From a virus: a stretch of 64,000 nt of DNA. The notes under the pieces were generated by a model, which was not told the DNA's origin, did not search any database, and saw only the letters and a list, made by a program, of their open reading frames with translations. The stretch covers positions 1 to 64,000 of the IMG/VR virus record IMGVR_UViG_3300017758_000003, one strand, 5' to 3'. How positions within the stretch are numbered: position 1 is the first letter of the stretch; every line of letters begins with the position of its first letter. The position numbers and the translations under genes were made by a program. Positions 38,607-49,634 of the stretch are shown one piece after another.

Positions 38607-39227
38607 ATGAAAATAATGTACAAAAAAATAATCAATCTAATAATAATATGTTTTGTTATTGGCACATCATCTCTTTATGGTCAAGTTAAAACCTACAAGG
38701 GAGAATTATATACGGTAATCTATTCTGAGGATTACCAACAACCGTTACAAGTCACTTATAAGGTTTTATGTCCTACGGGAGTAGTAAGTAGAAGTGGAAT
38801 GGATTTTTGGAAGCCCGATGGTTGGAAAACTTCAGATAATGGTGACTACAAGGCAAATGTTTATGACAAAGGTCATATGGCTCCCGCAGCGAATTTTAAT
38901 TGTTATGATAAGAAAACATTAAAGAAAACTTTTAATTATCTAAATTGTGCATTACAACATGAATCTTTAAATAGGGGACCATGGAAGGAACTTGAAAGAT
39001 TCGAAAGAGATTTGGCAAAGGTATTTGAAACTGTAAAGGTGAGTATAACAATACACTTCAATAATGAACCAAAGTACGTAGAAGGTGGAGCATTAATACC
39101 AAGTGGTTTTACTAAAGTTATATGGGCAGGAAAACATGAGTGGACGTTTTATTTTGATAATATAAATTTAAAAGGTAGGGATTGGAGTGATTTCCAAATA
39201 CCTAATGAAAGACCCGCCGATTATTAA
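38607..39227 (+). CDS. exported DNA/RNA non-specific endonuclease
   Basis: YDKGHMAPAA, NCALQHESLNRGPW..LE. Confidence 0.85.
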   Translation: MKIMYKKIINLIIICFVIGTSSLYGQVKTYKGELYTVIYSEDYQQPLQVTYKVLCPTGVVSRSGMDFWKPDGWKTSDNGDYKANVYDKGHMAPAANFNCYDKKTLKKTFNYLNCALQHESLNRGPWKELERFERDLAKVFETVKVSITIHFNNEPKYVEGGALIPSGFTKVIWAGKHEWTFYFDNINLKGRDWSDFQIPNERPADY

Positions 39228-39436
39228 TGTCCCGTTACCCCCCGTATAAAAGACCTATTCAAAAAATAAACGGTTATTTGTATATAATACATGCGGAATA
39301 CGACATGGATCGTGTTAAAGATACAAGTTCAGTAAAAGAATGGTTAGGGGTTGATCACGTATTTAAGGTACACAGTAAAGGTACCTTAATTTTTTGTGAA
39401 CAAATACATGATGTTGAGTGGGAAGAAGTTACCTAA
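39227..39436 (+). CDS. hypothetical protein
   Basis: Coupled 69-aa ORF. Confidence 0.55.
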   Translation: MSRYPPYKRPIQKINGYLYIIHAEYDMDRVKDTSSVKEWLGVDHVFKVHSKGTLIFCEQIHDVEWEEVT

Positions 39437-39776
39437 CTTTTATTTGTCTGACCTTTTTAACGGGTTTTACCGACTTATAAATTAACTTAAAGTTTTCCAT
39501 AATATCCTTGTATACCGCAGCTAACTCGTAATTTTCTATTTCTTCATTTCTCTTCCATAAAATTGTAATAAAACTTAGTAATTCATTTTCTGAAAGTTTC
39601 ATTTTATTACCTAAGGAGGTGTTAACCAACTTCAAAGTAAGATATGATATACCTTTTCTTTTACCGTCAGCTAATGAAAAATATTGATCAACCTTAATAC
39701 CCGATAACACTTTTGTGTTAACCTTATCTAGGAGTTTTAAGAATGATGGATGGTTAATGTCTACATTTATTGCCAT
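39429..39776 (-). CDS. hypothetical protein with UVR-like motif
   Basis: NEEIENYELAAVYKD. Confidence 0.55.
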   Translation of the reverse strand: MAINVDINHPSFLKLLDKVNTKVLSGIKVDQYFSLADGKRKGISYLTLKLVNTSLGNKMKLSENELLSFITILWKRNEEIENYELAAVYKDIMENFKLIYKSVKPVKKVRQIKVR

Positions 39777-39822
39777 AGTTCTCGTTTTACTATAAATATG
39801 TTGATAGTTAGGTTATGTTTGG

Positions 39823-40206
39823 TTATTTACCCCATTTTCCTTCTTTAACTATCTGACATATTACACCGTAAACCGATAAGTCTTGGTATGTGTCAACAAC
39901 AGATTCCCCTACATTGTCTTTGTTTCCAAGGACTATCAACTGTTTCAGTCTTTGAATCTTATCATTCATTCTAAACCATAAACCTGTTTGAGACATTTTT
40001 CTATCTTCCTTACGAGTTAAGTCAGTTCCCAATGAAATATTGTCAGGACCGTAGTTTGATTGTTTTAAACAAAATAATTCGTATTGTTCCTTTTGAATTT
40101 TCTTAAATAATTCAGTAGTTTCAGGATATAATGATTCTACATGGTCAACAACTGTGGTTGTTTTAGTGTTAATGGTTTCTACTTCTAAAGTTTCTGTGTC
40201 TATCAT
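39823..40206 (-). CDS. DUF1599 / nucleotide-modification-associated domain protein
   Basis: KQSNYG..RMNDKIQRL..ESVVDTYQDLSVYGVI. Confidence 0.7.
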   Translation of the reverse strand: MIDTETLEVETINTKTTTVVDHVESLYPETTELFKKIQKEQYELFCLKQSNYGPDNISLGTDLTRKEDRKMSQTGLWFRMNDKIQRLKQLIVLGNKDNVGESVVDTYQDLSVYGVICQIVKEGKWGK

Positions 40207-40310
40207 CTTTAATGTTTTTTTAAATAATACAGAAAAAAAAGTGTAAAGTCAAATCTTACTATGATAGATTATTTCAAATAATATAGTATTTATTAGATAA
40301 AGACATAACA

Positions 40311-40550
40311 ATGGCATCAAAGGCATCAAAAAGAAAAAGTAACCAAAATTCAAATTCACAGAAACCTAAGAATCAACAGTTGATTCAAATGTTGTCATTT
40401 AGAATCGTTCCTGCATACTTTAAAGAAATTGAAAAGGTTGCCGACAAAAAGGAAATGACTGTTTCTAAATTAATTAGATCCTATATCAAAGATGGTATGC
40501 ATAGAGATAAGGATTTCACAGCAGACGACAAAGGTTTTAATATCGGTTAA
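40311..40550 (+). CDS. ribbon-helix-helix DNA-binding protein
   Basis: MLSFRI...IEKVADKKEMTVSKLIRSYI. Confidence 0.65.
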   Translation: MASKASKRKSNQNSNSQKPKNQQLIQMLSFRIVPAYFKEIEKVADKKEMTVSKLIRSYIKDGMHRDKDFTADDKGFNIG

Positions 40551-41588
40551 TTACTTATTAAATCTCTCAAACGAATTTTTTGTTATCAGATTATAATTAA
40601 CTCCACCAATAAAATTGGGGAGTTTTTTATTATTAGTATAACTCATCGCGGATTTAAGGTACGATGTGAAGTTATCAACCCATCCCTTTAGAGTGTATTC
40701 AACTTTGTGTGTTCTTACAACACCCTCAGAGGTTTTCAATTCGTCATTACCCCATGATTTCTGAACCTCTTTAGTACTCATACCTCTAAAATTTTTAAAT
40801 AGGGGTATATCTACATTAAACATCTCAAGGGAGGTCTTACTATATTGATCGATAACCTCACCCTTTGAGTCGGTTGTGAGACCACAACTCTCAAGGGACT
40901 TGTTGAATATCGAACCTAACATTACATAATCAGCACCAAGAGCCAACGCCTTAATTACATCGGCGTATTTTTTGAATCCACCGTCAGCGACAATTTTAGT
41001 TTTAATGAAAGGATTTCTTTTTTTAATGTCATTACACTCACTAATCAAACTCGCCATAGGATATCCAACACCTGTTTGTACGGTTGTTAAACAACCACCA
41101 CCATTACCAATTCCGATCCTCACATAGTCGACTCCCGCCAAACCATAATCGTAAAATGTCGTTGGATTTGCGACATTACCGACCATTAGAACAATTTGAT
41201 CACCATATTTTTGTTTGGCAGTTTTACTACTTTGGATTAGGTCTTTCATATGACCGTTCGCAATGTCAATTAATACTCTGTATTGTTTTCCATCAGGTAT
41301 TTCCACGTCATTTTCTAAAAAATACATATCAAAATCAGTTAGACTAAATGATGTGAAATGTTCATCATTAAGAAAATCCTCCATCCATGGTTGGGGTGTA
41401 TTGCGGGGAAAAACCACCGTTATACCCAAATCACTAAAGTAATGATGGTTATTCCCATCAACAACGGTATCCATTGGTGCGGTCATCAAAGGTAGTTTAT
41501 CTCCATAATATGGATTTGTCTCAGAACGAGAACGAATTGCACTAATTTTTGCAGGTTGGATCAAAAGATCATCGAAATCGAATAACAT
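40551..41588 (-). CDS. IMP dehydrogenase / GMP reductase family protein
   Basis: TAPMDTV, IDIANGH, RIGIGNGGGCLT, VADGG, FRGMST, SEG. Confidence 0.85.
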   Translation of the reverse strand: MLFDFDDLLIQPAKISAIRSRSETNPYYGDKLPLMTAPMDTVVDGNNHHYFSDLGITVVFPRNTPQPWMEDFLNDEHFTSFSLTDFDMYFLENDVEIPDGKQYRVLIDIANGHMKDLIQSSKTAKQKYGDQIVLMVGNVANPTTFYDYGLAGVDYVRIGIGNGGGCLTTVQTGVGYPMASLISECNDIKKRNPFIKTKIVADGGFKKYADVIKALALGADYVMLGSIFNKSLESCGLTTDSKGEVIDQYSKTSLEMFNVDIPLFKNFRGMSTKEVQKSWGNDELKTSEGVVRTHKVEYTLKGWVDNFTSYLKSAMSYTNNKKLPNFIGGVNYNLITKNSFERFNK

Positions 41589-41607
41589 GTGTTTTGGTTT
41601 TTTAAAA

Positions 41608-42015
41608 TTAATTTTCCTCCGACGGATAGAACAGACTTGCGATATCCTCTAATAATAATTGACTAAATTTTTTGTTTGAGTCGGGAAATCCCTTTTTACC
41701 CTTTTCAGTTAGGAAGAAGACCTCTTCGGTATTTTCGTCTTCATATGAATTTACAATACCTTCTTTTTTTAATTCGTAAAGAACAGAACCTGTGAATATT
41801 CTTCTTAGTATTTTATCTAATTGACCGTTAGACCATTCAACTGTGAAATCAGGAGTTAGTTGTTTGACGTACTCTTCAGTGACTACATGTGTTAACTCTT
41901 TTCTCGCATAATTCTCACCAATCTCAAAGATATCGAAAAATCCCGATTCCCTAATAATATCAAGTATACCGTCCACTTTACGATCCACAATCTTCGGTGA
42001 GTTAATCTGTTCCAT
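41608..42015 (-). CDS. hypothetical protein, possible winged helix
   Basis: LYELKKEGIV...FFLTEKGK. Confidence 0.55.
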   Translation of the reverse strand: MEQINSPKIVDRKVDGILDIIRESGFFDIFEIGENYARKELTHVVTEEYVKQLTPDFTVEWSNGQLDKILRRIFTGSVLYELKKEGIVNSYEDENTEEVFFLTEKGKKGFPDSNKKFSQLLLEDIASLFYPSEEN

Positions 42016-42108
42016 ACTTAAATTATAAGGAAAAAAAACAAATAAGTCAAGTACGTCATAGGCTTTACGATTACACTTATTTTATTTATATTCTAAAAAA
42101 AAGAATAG

Positions 42109-43362
42109 ATGAAAAACAACGGTAAAATTTTTATACAAATTGCGTCGTACAGAGATCCCGAATTATTACCTACTTTGAGGGACTGTATTGAAAAGGCGCA
42201 CAAACCCAAAAATTTGGTTTTCAGTATCTGTTGGCAACATTCAAAAGAAGATGAATGGGACAACCTTGACGAATTTAAAAATGATAAACGTTTTAAAATT
42301 GTAGATGTTGATTACACCAAATCAAAAGGGGCTTGTTGGGCGAGAAACTCTCTACAACAACAATATGATGGTGAACAATATACACTTCAATTAGATTCAC
42401 ATCATAGATTTATCCAAGATTGGGATAAGGAACTTATTGATATGTTAAAAGGGTTACAGAAAAAGGGACACAAAAAACCACTATTAACCAGTTACATATC
42501 GTCTTATAATCCTGAAACTGACCCTGATGGTCGTATTCAGGTACCATGGAAGATGAACTTCGATAGATTTATTCCTGAAGGTGCAATTTTCTTCTTACCC
42601 GCATCGATTGAGAATCATAAAGAATTATCAGAACCAATTACTTCAAGGTTTTATTCCGCACACTTCGCATTTAGTGTTGGATCTTTTGTTGAGGAAGTTC
42701 CTCACGACCCCGAATATTATTTCCACGGAGAAGAAATATCAATTGCTGTAAGGGCATTTACTTGGGGATATGATTTATTCCATCCACATAAAGTGATTGC
42801 TTGGCACGAATACACAAGAAAGGGTAGAACTAAACAATGGGATGACGATAAAACATGGGGAAACAGGAACAGTAGTTCACACCTTAGAAATAGAAAATTG
42901 TTTGGGATGGATGGTCACGAAAAAGATATTGATTTTGGTATTTATGACTTTGGTACTGTGAGAACACTTGAGGATTATGAAAAATATGCTGGAATATCTT
43001 TTGGTAAGAGGGCAGTTCAAAAGTATACTATGGATAGGGGATTACCTCCAAACCCACAATTAAGTGACGAGGAGTATGAAAACTCATTTATGAGAATATT
43101 TAAACATTGTATTGACATACATAAATCAAGTTTAAAATTAGAGGACTACAATTTCATTGCTGTTATTTTCGAAAATGAAAAGGGTGAATCTTTAGATAGG
43201 AAAGATTTACAACCAAGTGAAATTAGAGGATTACAGACAACTCCTGATGAATGGGTGAAAATATGGAGAGAATTTAACGTGGAGGAGAAACCACATAAAT
43301 GGATTGTTTGGCCACACTCAGAAAAAGAGGGTTGGTGTGAAAAATTAGAAGGAATACTATAA
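42109..43362 (+). CDS. GlcNAc-transferase (GT60 / Skp1-hydroxyproline GlcNAc transferase-like)
   Basis: IFIQIASYRDPEL, GACWAR, LQLDSHHRF, FHGEEI..RAFTWGYD. Confidence 0.8.
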   Translation: MKNNGKIFIQIASYRDPELLPTLRDCIEKAHKPKNLVFSICWQHSKEDEWDNLDEFKNDKRFKIVDVDYTKSKGACWARNSLQQQYDGEQYTLQLDSHHRFIQDWDKELIDMLKGLQKKGHKKPLLTSYISSYNPETDPDGRIQVPWKMNFDRFIPEGAIFFLPASIENHKELSEPITSRFYSAHFAFSVGSFVEEVPHDPEYYFHGEEISIAVRAFTWGYDLFHPHKVIAWHEYTRKGRTKQWDDDKTWGNRNSSSHLRNRKLFGMDGHEKDIDFGIYDFGTVRTLEDYEKYAGISFGKRAVQKYTMDRGLPPNPQLSDEEYENSFMRIFKHCIDIHKSSLKLEDYNFIAVIFENEKGESLDRKDLQPSEIRGLQTTPDEWVKIWREFNVEEKPHKWIVWPHSEKEGWCEKLEGIL

Positions 43363-43365
43363 AAT

Positions 43366-44205
43366 ATGAAAAAAGCGTTATTAGGTGTGGCAAATAACTT
43401 GGGGAGTAATATCCAAAAAGTTAGTTTATGGTCACAAAGTTTTAAAGATGTCACTAACGGTGAGGTCATTTTGTTATTGGCGAACGGAACAGAAGATGAT
43501 TTGAAAGTCTGTGAAGAATTAGGGATTGAATCTCATTTAGTTACAGTAGAAAATGAGTGGTTTTTTAATCATAAAAGATTAGGACATACACTAGACTTCT
43601 TGAGATCAACTGACATTGATTTATTTATGATTACTGACGTATTCGATGTAGTCTTTCAAGGGGACCCATTTGAACTTATGGATACATCAACCTACTCTGT
43701 ATTTGCGGGTGGTGAGGGTGTAGATATAAATCAGGAACCATGGAATATGGATAACATTAAAAAGATCTTCCCTGAATATATTGATGGATGTATTGGAAAA
43801 GAAATAGTAAACTCGGGTGTTATTGGTGGTACCAAAGAGGGTTTAATTCCTGTTTATGAAAGAATGTATCAATTATGTGAAGATGGTTCAGATGACCATA
43901 ACATTAAAGATCAAGCGGCATTTAATGTGATGATATCAAGAAACGAGATTGAAGGTTTTAAAATGTTCAATTTAGATGAAGGTTGGGTACAACACAGTGC
44001 GGTATCAGGACCAACACAATTTTTTAAATCATGGGGATTCATTAACAATCTTAAGTATGGGATTCCTCAAATGATAGATAAAACTGTTTGTACATCTGAA
44101 GGTACACCATTTAGAATTGCACACCAATTCAACAGAGTACCTGAATGGCACAATTTAATAAACGAAAAGTATAATATAAAATTTGAAAAGGATGTCCATA
44201 GATAA
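43366..44205 (+). CDS. GT-A glycosyltransferase-like protein
   Basis: ITDVFDVVFQGDPF, NSGVIGG, DQAAFN, HQFNR. Confidence 0.7.
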   Translation: MKKALLGVANNLGSNIQKVSLWSQSFKDVTNGEVILLLANGTEDDLKVCEELGIESHLVTVENEWFFNHKRLGHTLDFLRSTDIDLFMITDVFDVVFQGDPFELMDTSTYSVFAGGEGVDINQEPWNMDNIKKIFPEYIDGCIGKEIVNSGVIGGTKEGLIPVYERMYQLCEDGSDDHNIKDQAAFNVMISRNEIEGFKMFNLDEGWVQHSAVSGPTQFFKSWGFINNLKYGIPQMIDKTVCTSEGTPFRIAHQFNRVPEWHNLINEKYNIKFEKDVHR

Positions 44206-45001
44206 ACTCGATAATACATCTGTAGTCGTATGTTCATATCATAGAACTTTAGACCCTACAGTAAATTATGATGGGCACCATATTGTAAGATCTTTCCACG
44301 AAGAAAAATTCCCAAACTTTCATGTATTGTTTGATGATCATCACGGATATAGTGAGGAATATGTTTCAGAAAAATATGGTGGACCAAACATTTGTATTTA
44401 CAACGACGAAGACTTCGCAAAATATGGTTTTGATAAACCAATAAGTAGTTATCATTTTTGGGGTTCACATCAGAATCCTAAGTACTTCTTTGCACACTTT
44501 AGAATGTTAACTTTCTTTTTAAAGAACCCAAACTATGAATATTATTGGTTCTTTGATGACGATGTAAAATTTGAAGGATCAGTAAAAAGTCTATTAGAAA
44601 ATTATTCGGACGTAGATGATGATTTTATAGTTGTTCAAGCTTTCAAAAAAGAAGACTATCCTGAACACCCAAATGTTTCAGTGATCAATAGTAGAATGGA
44701 AGGATCAAGAGGTCATTGGTTAGGACATTGTCCTGGTCCTGGTGACAACTTCAAATCTACTGAAAAACATATTGGTTCTTTCTATCCTGTAGTTAGATAT
44801 TCTAAGAGATCGATGGAACACTTAATGAAATTACATGAAGAAGGTTATTATGGTTATTCGGAAGGTTTTGTACCAACATCGTTGGCATCTGATGGCTTTA
44901 AAGTTTCATCAATGATGGATGAACATAATAATTTCTTTATTAAAAACGAAGTGTGTACATTACTTCATAAAGGACAAGAATTTACTTGGGAATGGCTGTA
45001 A
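44183..45001 (+). CDS. GT-A glycosyltransferase-like protein
   Basis: YEYYWFFDDDVKF, FYPVVRYS, SEGFVPT. Confidence 0.6.
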   Translation: MKRMSIDKLDNTSVVVCSYHRTLDPTVNYDGHHIVRSFHEEKFPNFHVLFDDHHGYSEEYVSEKYGGPNICIYNDEDFAKYGFDKPISSYHFWGSHQNPKYFFAHFRMLTFFLKNPNYEYYWFFDDDVKFEGSVKSLLENYSDVDDDFIVVQAFKKEDYPEHPNVSVINSRMEGSRGHWLGHCPGPGDNFKSTEKHIGSFYPVVRYSKRSMEHLMKLHEEGYYGYSEGFVPTSLASDGFKVSSMMDEHNNFFIKNEVCTLLHKGQEFTWEWL

Positions 45002-46383
45002 TTAACAAACCTGTAATTGTCATGGCTTTATATGACATAGGACGAGACAATTGGAAGAATTTTAATCTTTCTTATAACACATATCTATGGTGGATGAAAA
45101 ACACACTTTCATTAGACGCAGATTTTGTTATCTATACGGAAGAAAAATTTTCTGATGAGATTAGGAAGATGAGAGAGGAGTTTGATCCTACCTTTCAAAG
45201 AACTAAACTTATTGTAAAACCCATAGAGGAATTAGAATATTATATTGAGTATAATGATAGACTAACACAATTAATGTTTTCGGATCAGTTTAAAGAGAAG
45301 GCACATCATAACGTACCTGAAATGACCCAACCATTATATAACATCATAATGTTTAATAAGTTAAGTTTCCTAAAAGATTCTAAAGACAATGGATATTTTG
45401 ATGGTGACTTATTTATTTGGGCTGATGCGGGTGGTCTTAGAGAAAACATAGATACCTATCAAGGTATTAAATGGCCCGATTTGGATAAATTGAGAGGTCT
45501 CGATACAAAGAAAGTAACATTCTTTTCTCACTCACCCGAATTTGATATAGACAACAATGAGTTTCACTCTCTTTCACAAGTAAGACATATACAAGGGACT
45601 TGTTTCTTTGTACCAAAAGACTGTTTAGATAAATTTGTTACTACATTCAAAGAAACAGTAAATGAATCTTTGGATTCGGGTTATATAGGAAGTGATGAAA
45701 AGGTTTTAGATATTACATACTGTAAATCAAAACAAGATTACAATCTTATTCATTGTACGTGGAGAGAATACTTTGACATTTTTCATGGAAACCCTGTTGT
45801 GGATATTCCTGAAGAGGTGGTCGTTGAAAAAACCAATGTATTTCTTGATTTAGGAACACATGGATGTCAAGGTTTACATGGATTTGCAACATCAGTCCTG
45901 AGTTTCGACGAAACTTGGGATATACACACTTTTGAACCAAATAAGTTATTACACCCAATAAACTGTATTGAACAATTTGATTTTAAAGTTACTTCACATA
46001 AGAAAGCGGTATGGATTAAGGAAGGTACTAGTGTTTTTAAACAATACGGTGGTGACGGTAAGAGTCAGGGAAGTCTATTAGAAGAAACATATGGTGATAA
46101 ACACTATAACGATTATCACGATTCAATAGAGGTAGAAACGATTGATTTCTTGAACTTCATTCACACCTTTGACCCAAATCAAAATATCTATATAAAAATG
46201 GACATCGAATGGGCTGAATGGGCGGTATTAGAAGACTTACTTAGTAGGGGTTGGCCAAAAAACATTAAACATATATGGATTGAATTCCATGGGGTAATAG
46301 GTAATCAGTTCTATAAAAATAAATCAATATGGTTAATGGATCAAATCAGAGAAAAGGGTTGTGAAGTTACTGAATGGCACTAA
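44986..46383 (+). CDS. HtrL/WlaTC-like glycosyltransferase fused to FkbM methyltransferase
   Basis: ALYDIGR, YNIIMFNK, FIWADAG; FLDLGTH, FEPN, IKMDIEWAE. Confidence 0.7.
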   Translation: MGMAVINKPVIVMALYDIGRDNWKNFNLSYNTYLWWMKNTLSLDADFVIYTEEKFSDEIRKMREEFDPTFQRTKLIVKPIEELEYYIEYNDRLTQLMFSDQFKEKAHHNVPEMTQPLYNIIMFNKLSFLKDSKDNGYFDGDLFIWADAGGLRENIDTYQGIKWPDLDKLRGLDTKKVTFFSHSPEFDIDNNEFHSLSQVRHIQGTCFFVPKDCLDKFVTTFKETVNESLDSGYIGSDEKVLDITYCKSKQDYNLIHCTWREYFDIFHGNPVVDIPEEVVVEKTNVFLDLGTHGCQGLHGFATSVLSFDETWDIHTFEPNKLLHPINCIEQFDFKVTSHKKAVWIKEGTSVFKQYGGDGKSQGSLLEETYGDKHYNDYHDSIEVETIDFLNFIHTFDPNQNIYIKMDIEWAEWAVLEDLLSRGWPKNIKHIWIEFHGVIGNQFYKNKSIWLMDQIREKGCEVTEWH

Positions 46384-46393
46384 AACATAGAAA

Positions 46394-47851
46394 ATGAATA
46401 TAAAATTAATAACAGTAACGTGGTCACATGAAAATACATATGACATAGAAAATACCACATTATATAAATCTTTTAAACGATATAATCCTCATAAAGAAAT
46501 TGTACACCATCATTTTAACAGAGGTCACTTCCATAAAGAAGAAAATGAATTTAGAAATAGGTTTGGTAACGAGAGTGAATACCTTCTTTATAAAATACAT
46601 TTATGGAGAGACATAGTCAGAAATATTGAGTGTGATTACATAGTATTTTGTGATGCAAACGATGTTGTATGTTTAGGTAATGTGGGTGACTTAATAGGTC
46701 AGTTTGATTTGGAGAATAATATCATATGTGGACACGAAAAAAATCAGTGGCCAACACCTGAAGCAAAACAATCTTGGCCAGAGTACAAAGATTATAATCA
46801 ATACGACACAAGTGAGCGTAAGTACTTAAACTCAGGAATGATTTTATCAAAAAAAGATAAGTATGTTGAAATGTTAGATGTTATGGTTGAAAAATTAATG
46901 TTTGGAAAAGACATTAAAACTTTCAATAATGACCAAGGTGTTTTTACGTATTATTATAATACGGGGGTTGAACCGAGAATTAAATTAGATTACTCCAATG
47001 TCTTCACAGTAAACACATTCTCAAGATCACACGACGAATATGAGATGGTGGGTCACAGAATACAATCTAAAAAAAATGAGACTCAACCTTTATTTGTACA
47101 CGATAATGGTTGGAATCACGGAAGTCCAAGATTTTTAAATCATTTTGAGTTAAAAAGACATTTTATTAACTCATATCCGAGACTTAAAGACATATCTAGA
47201 GAAAGACCGATTAATGCGACTCATCAAGAGTACTTAATCAGAATGAGAGATGAGTTTGGTTTTAATCCAAATATTATATATGATGTTGGTGCTTGTGTAA
47301 ATCATTGGAATACAATTGCGAAAGAGGTTTGGCCAAATGCTAAGTATTATTTATTCGAAGCGATGGAAGAATCAGAAGATTTATTTTTAGAGGGAAATGA
47401 CCCATATGAAATTGGTGTATTTAGTGATGTCGATGATAAAGAGGTTACATTTTATAAAAATGTTACATTCCCTGGTGGTAATTCCTATTACATGGAAAAC
47501 CCACAACATAGTAGTATGGCATCCGCTTTATTTGAGAATCCATCCAACCAATTTGCGAGAAAAACAAAGACTTTAGATACGGTTATGAAGAGAAGAGGAT
47601 TTCCACTACCACAACTTTTGAAAATAGACGTACAAGGTTGTGAAATTGACATCCTAAAAGGTTGTCCTGAAATACTTAATAATGTAGAACATCTGATTGT
47701 TGAGTTACAACATGTTGAATATAACATTGGAGCTCAATTACAAGACGAATCAATACCAATTATAGAGTCGTTAGGTTTTGAATTAATAACACCTTCCTTC
47801 TCACTGTCAAGTCACGCAGATAGTGACTATCATTTTAAAAAAATAAAATAA
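46394..47851 (+). CDS. PLOD-GT-like glycosyltransferase fused to FkbM methyltransferase
   Basis: IVFCDANDV, EKNQWP, YLNSG, NDQ; IYDVGA, LKIDVQGCE. Confidence 0.7.
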   Translation: MNIKLITVTWSHENTYDIENTTLYKSFKRYNPHKEIVHHHFNRGHFHKEENEFRNRFGNESEYLLYKIHLWRDIVRNIECDYIVFCDANDVVCLGNVGDLIGQFDLENNIICGHEKNQWPTPEAKQSWPEYKDYNQYDTSERKYLNSGMILSKKDKYVEMLDVMVEKLMFGKDIKTFNNDQGVFTYYYNTGVEPRIKLDYSNVFTVNTFSRSHDEYEMVGHRIQSKKNETQPLFVHDNGWNHGSPRFLNHFELKRHFINSYPRLKDISRERPINATHQEYLIRMRDEFGFNPNIIYDVGACVNHWNTIAKEVWPNAKYYLFEAMEESEDLFLEGNDPYEIGVFSDVDDKEVTFYKNVTFPGGNSYYMENPQHSSMASALFENPSNQFARKTKTLDTVMKRRGFPLPQLLKIDVQGCEIDILKGCPEILNNVEHLIVELQHVEYNIGAQLQDESIPIIESLGFELITPSFSLSSHADSDYHFKKIK

Positions 47852-47861
47852 ATTAATAACT

Positions 47862-48074
47862 ATGAAACAACATGTATATAACTTTTTAAAGTCTCAAGCC
47901 GAGGCAGATAAAAACAAGGCACTTGCAAGTATTGAACTACTAACTAATAATCCTGCAGGTATTGGGGATCACTCAACAAAGGATTATTGGGACAATTGTA
48001 CTGAAACACTTAAATTACTTTCATCTGCTGATGAGAGATTAGAAATATTAGAGAAATACTTCAAACAGTCATAG
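47862..48074 (+). CDS. conserved small phage protein
   Basis: LTNNPAGIGDHS. Confidence 0.65.
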   Translation: MKQHVYNFLKSQAEADKNKALASIELLTNNPAGIGDHSTKDYWDNCTETLKLLSSADERLEILEKYFKQS

Positions 48075-49634
48075 ATGGGTTTACCAAACATTGCATTACA
48101 CAGTCATCATAATGCTGCATTTGCCGTTGAATTAGACGGTGATATTGTGACGGTCATTGAGTTAGAAAGATTTGTAAATCAGAAAAACGCAAGTCATTGT
48201 TTTTTTCAACCAATCCATGTTCATGAACCTATCATAGGTGAAGTATATCAGTATTTGAAACTGAACTATGGTTTTACAAAATACGAAAACTTTATTATGG
48301 GTCATGGTCATCAAGAATTTCCTGAATCATGGAAAAAAATGATCCCCGCAAATAATTACATAAAAAATGAAGATCACCATATTTCACATGCATCTTCAAG
48401 TTTTTATCAGTCACCACATGATGAAGCAGTTATCATTTCTTTTGATGGTGGTGCAAATGATGGTTTCTTTAGAATCCTACACGGAATAAAAGGACAGGAC
48501 CTAAAAGATATAAAACACTACTCGATTGATTTAGGTAGTCATTACCACCTTATAGGTTTGTTTTGTGAAGATATAAAACATTATAACCAACTAACTGCCG
48601 CAGGTAAGGTCTTAGGTTTACAATCATACGGTAAAATTAGAGACGAATGGGTACAACCATTGAAAGATTTCTTTAATTCAAGGATACCCTATTTCGTGGA
48701 TTTAGAACAAAAGAAGAAAACACTATCAGACAGAATCGGTATACCATTTTCTGAAGAAAATAAATTAAAGGGACAAGATCAATACGACTTTGCCCGTACT
48801 GCACAACATGCATTTGAATTAATATTTTTCGAGTTGGTAGATGAGAGTATCAAACAGTACCAACTACCTATAATACTTACAGGTGGTTGTGCATTGAATA
48901 TAACTCTTAACAGTAGAGTTAAAGACACTTACCCTCATTTAGATGTGTTTATTGCACCTAATTCGAGTGATTGTGGTATTCCCGTAGGTTTACTTTGTAC
49001 ACTCGTTAAACCAAAGAAAATTATAGACGTAACGTATAAAGGTGTTGCTGCGTTAGACCGAACTTTACTTATGGAGTATGTCAATACACATAACGCTAAA
49101 AAGGTTAATGTAGATGCAATCGTTGAGGATCTGAGTATTCAAAGGATATTAGGGTTAGTACAAGGTAATTCCGAACATGGTCCAAGGGCATTAGGTAACA
49201 GAAGTATTATATGTTCCCCAATTCCATTAGATATGAAAGACACTTTAAACCACAAAGTAAAACACAGAGAATGGTTTAGACCATTTGCACCAATAGTTCG
49301 TTTAGAAGATGTTTCTGAATATTTTGAATGGGAAGGTGAAAGTAGATGGATGAACTTCTGTCCAATGGTAAAAGAAGAGTGGAGGGATAGATTACCCGCA
49401 ATAACCCACATTGATGGTACTGCGAGAGTACAAACAGTAACTAAAGAACAAAATCCTTTAGTTTATGAAATACTAACTAAATTTAAAGAGAAAACAGGTG
49501 TGGGGGTTTTGGTAAATACATCTTTTAACGTAGATAGGAAACCAATATTATCATCATATAAAGATGCATTTAAAGTATTCAACGAAACTGAATTAGATAG
49601 ATTATACTTAGACGGATATTACTTTACTAAATAA
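48075..49634 (+). CDS. carbamoyltransferase (NodU/CmcH family)
   Basis: ELERF, HHISHA, FDGG, GGCALN, EHGPRALGNRS, KHREWFRPFAP, NTSFN. Confidence 0.9.
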   Translation: MGLPNIALHSHHNAAFAVELDGDIVTVIELERFVNQKNASHCFFQPIHVHEPIIGEVYQYLKLNYGFTKYENFIMGHGHQEFPESWKKMIPANNYIKNEDHHISHASSSFYQSPHDEAVIISFDGGANDGFFRILHGIKGQDLKDIKHYSIDLGSHYHLIGLFCEDIKHYNQLTAAGKVLGLQSYGKIRDEWVQPLKDFFNSRIPYFVDLEQKKKTLSDRIGIPFSEENKLKGQDQYDFARTAQHAFELIFFELVDESIKQYQLPIILTGGCALNITLNSRVKDTYPHLDVFIAPNSSDCGIPVGLLCTLVKPKKIIDVTYKGVAALDRTLLMEYVNTHNAKKVNVDAIVEDLSIQRILGLVQGNSEHGPRALGNRSIICSPIPLDMKDTLNHKVKHREWFRPFAPIVRLEDVSEYFEWEGESRWMNFCPMVKEEWRDRLPAITHIDGTARVQTVTKEQNPLVYEILTKFKEKTGVGVLVNTSFNVDRKPILSSYKDAFKVFNETELDRLYLDGYYFTK

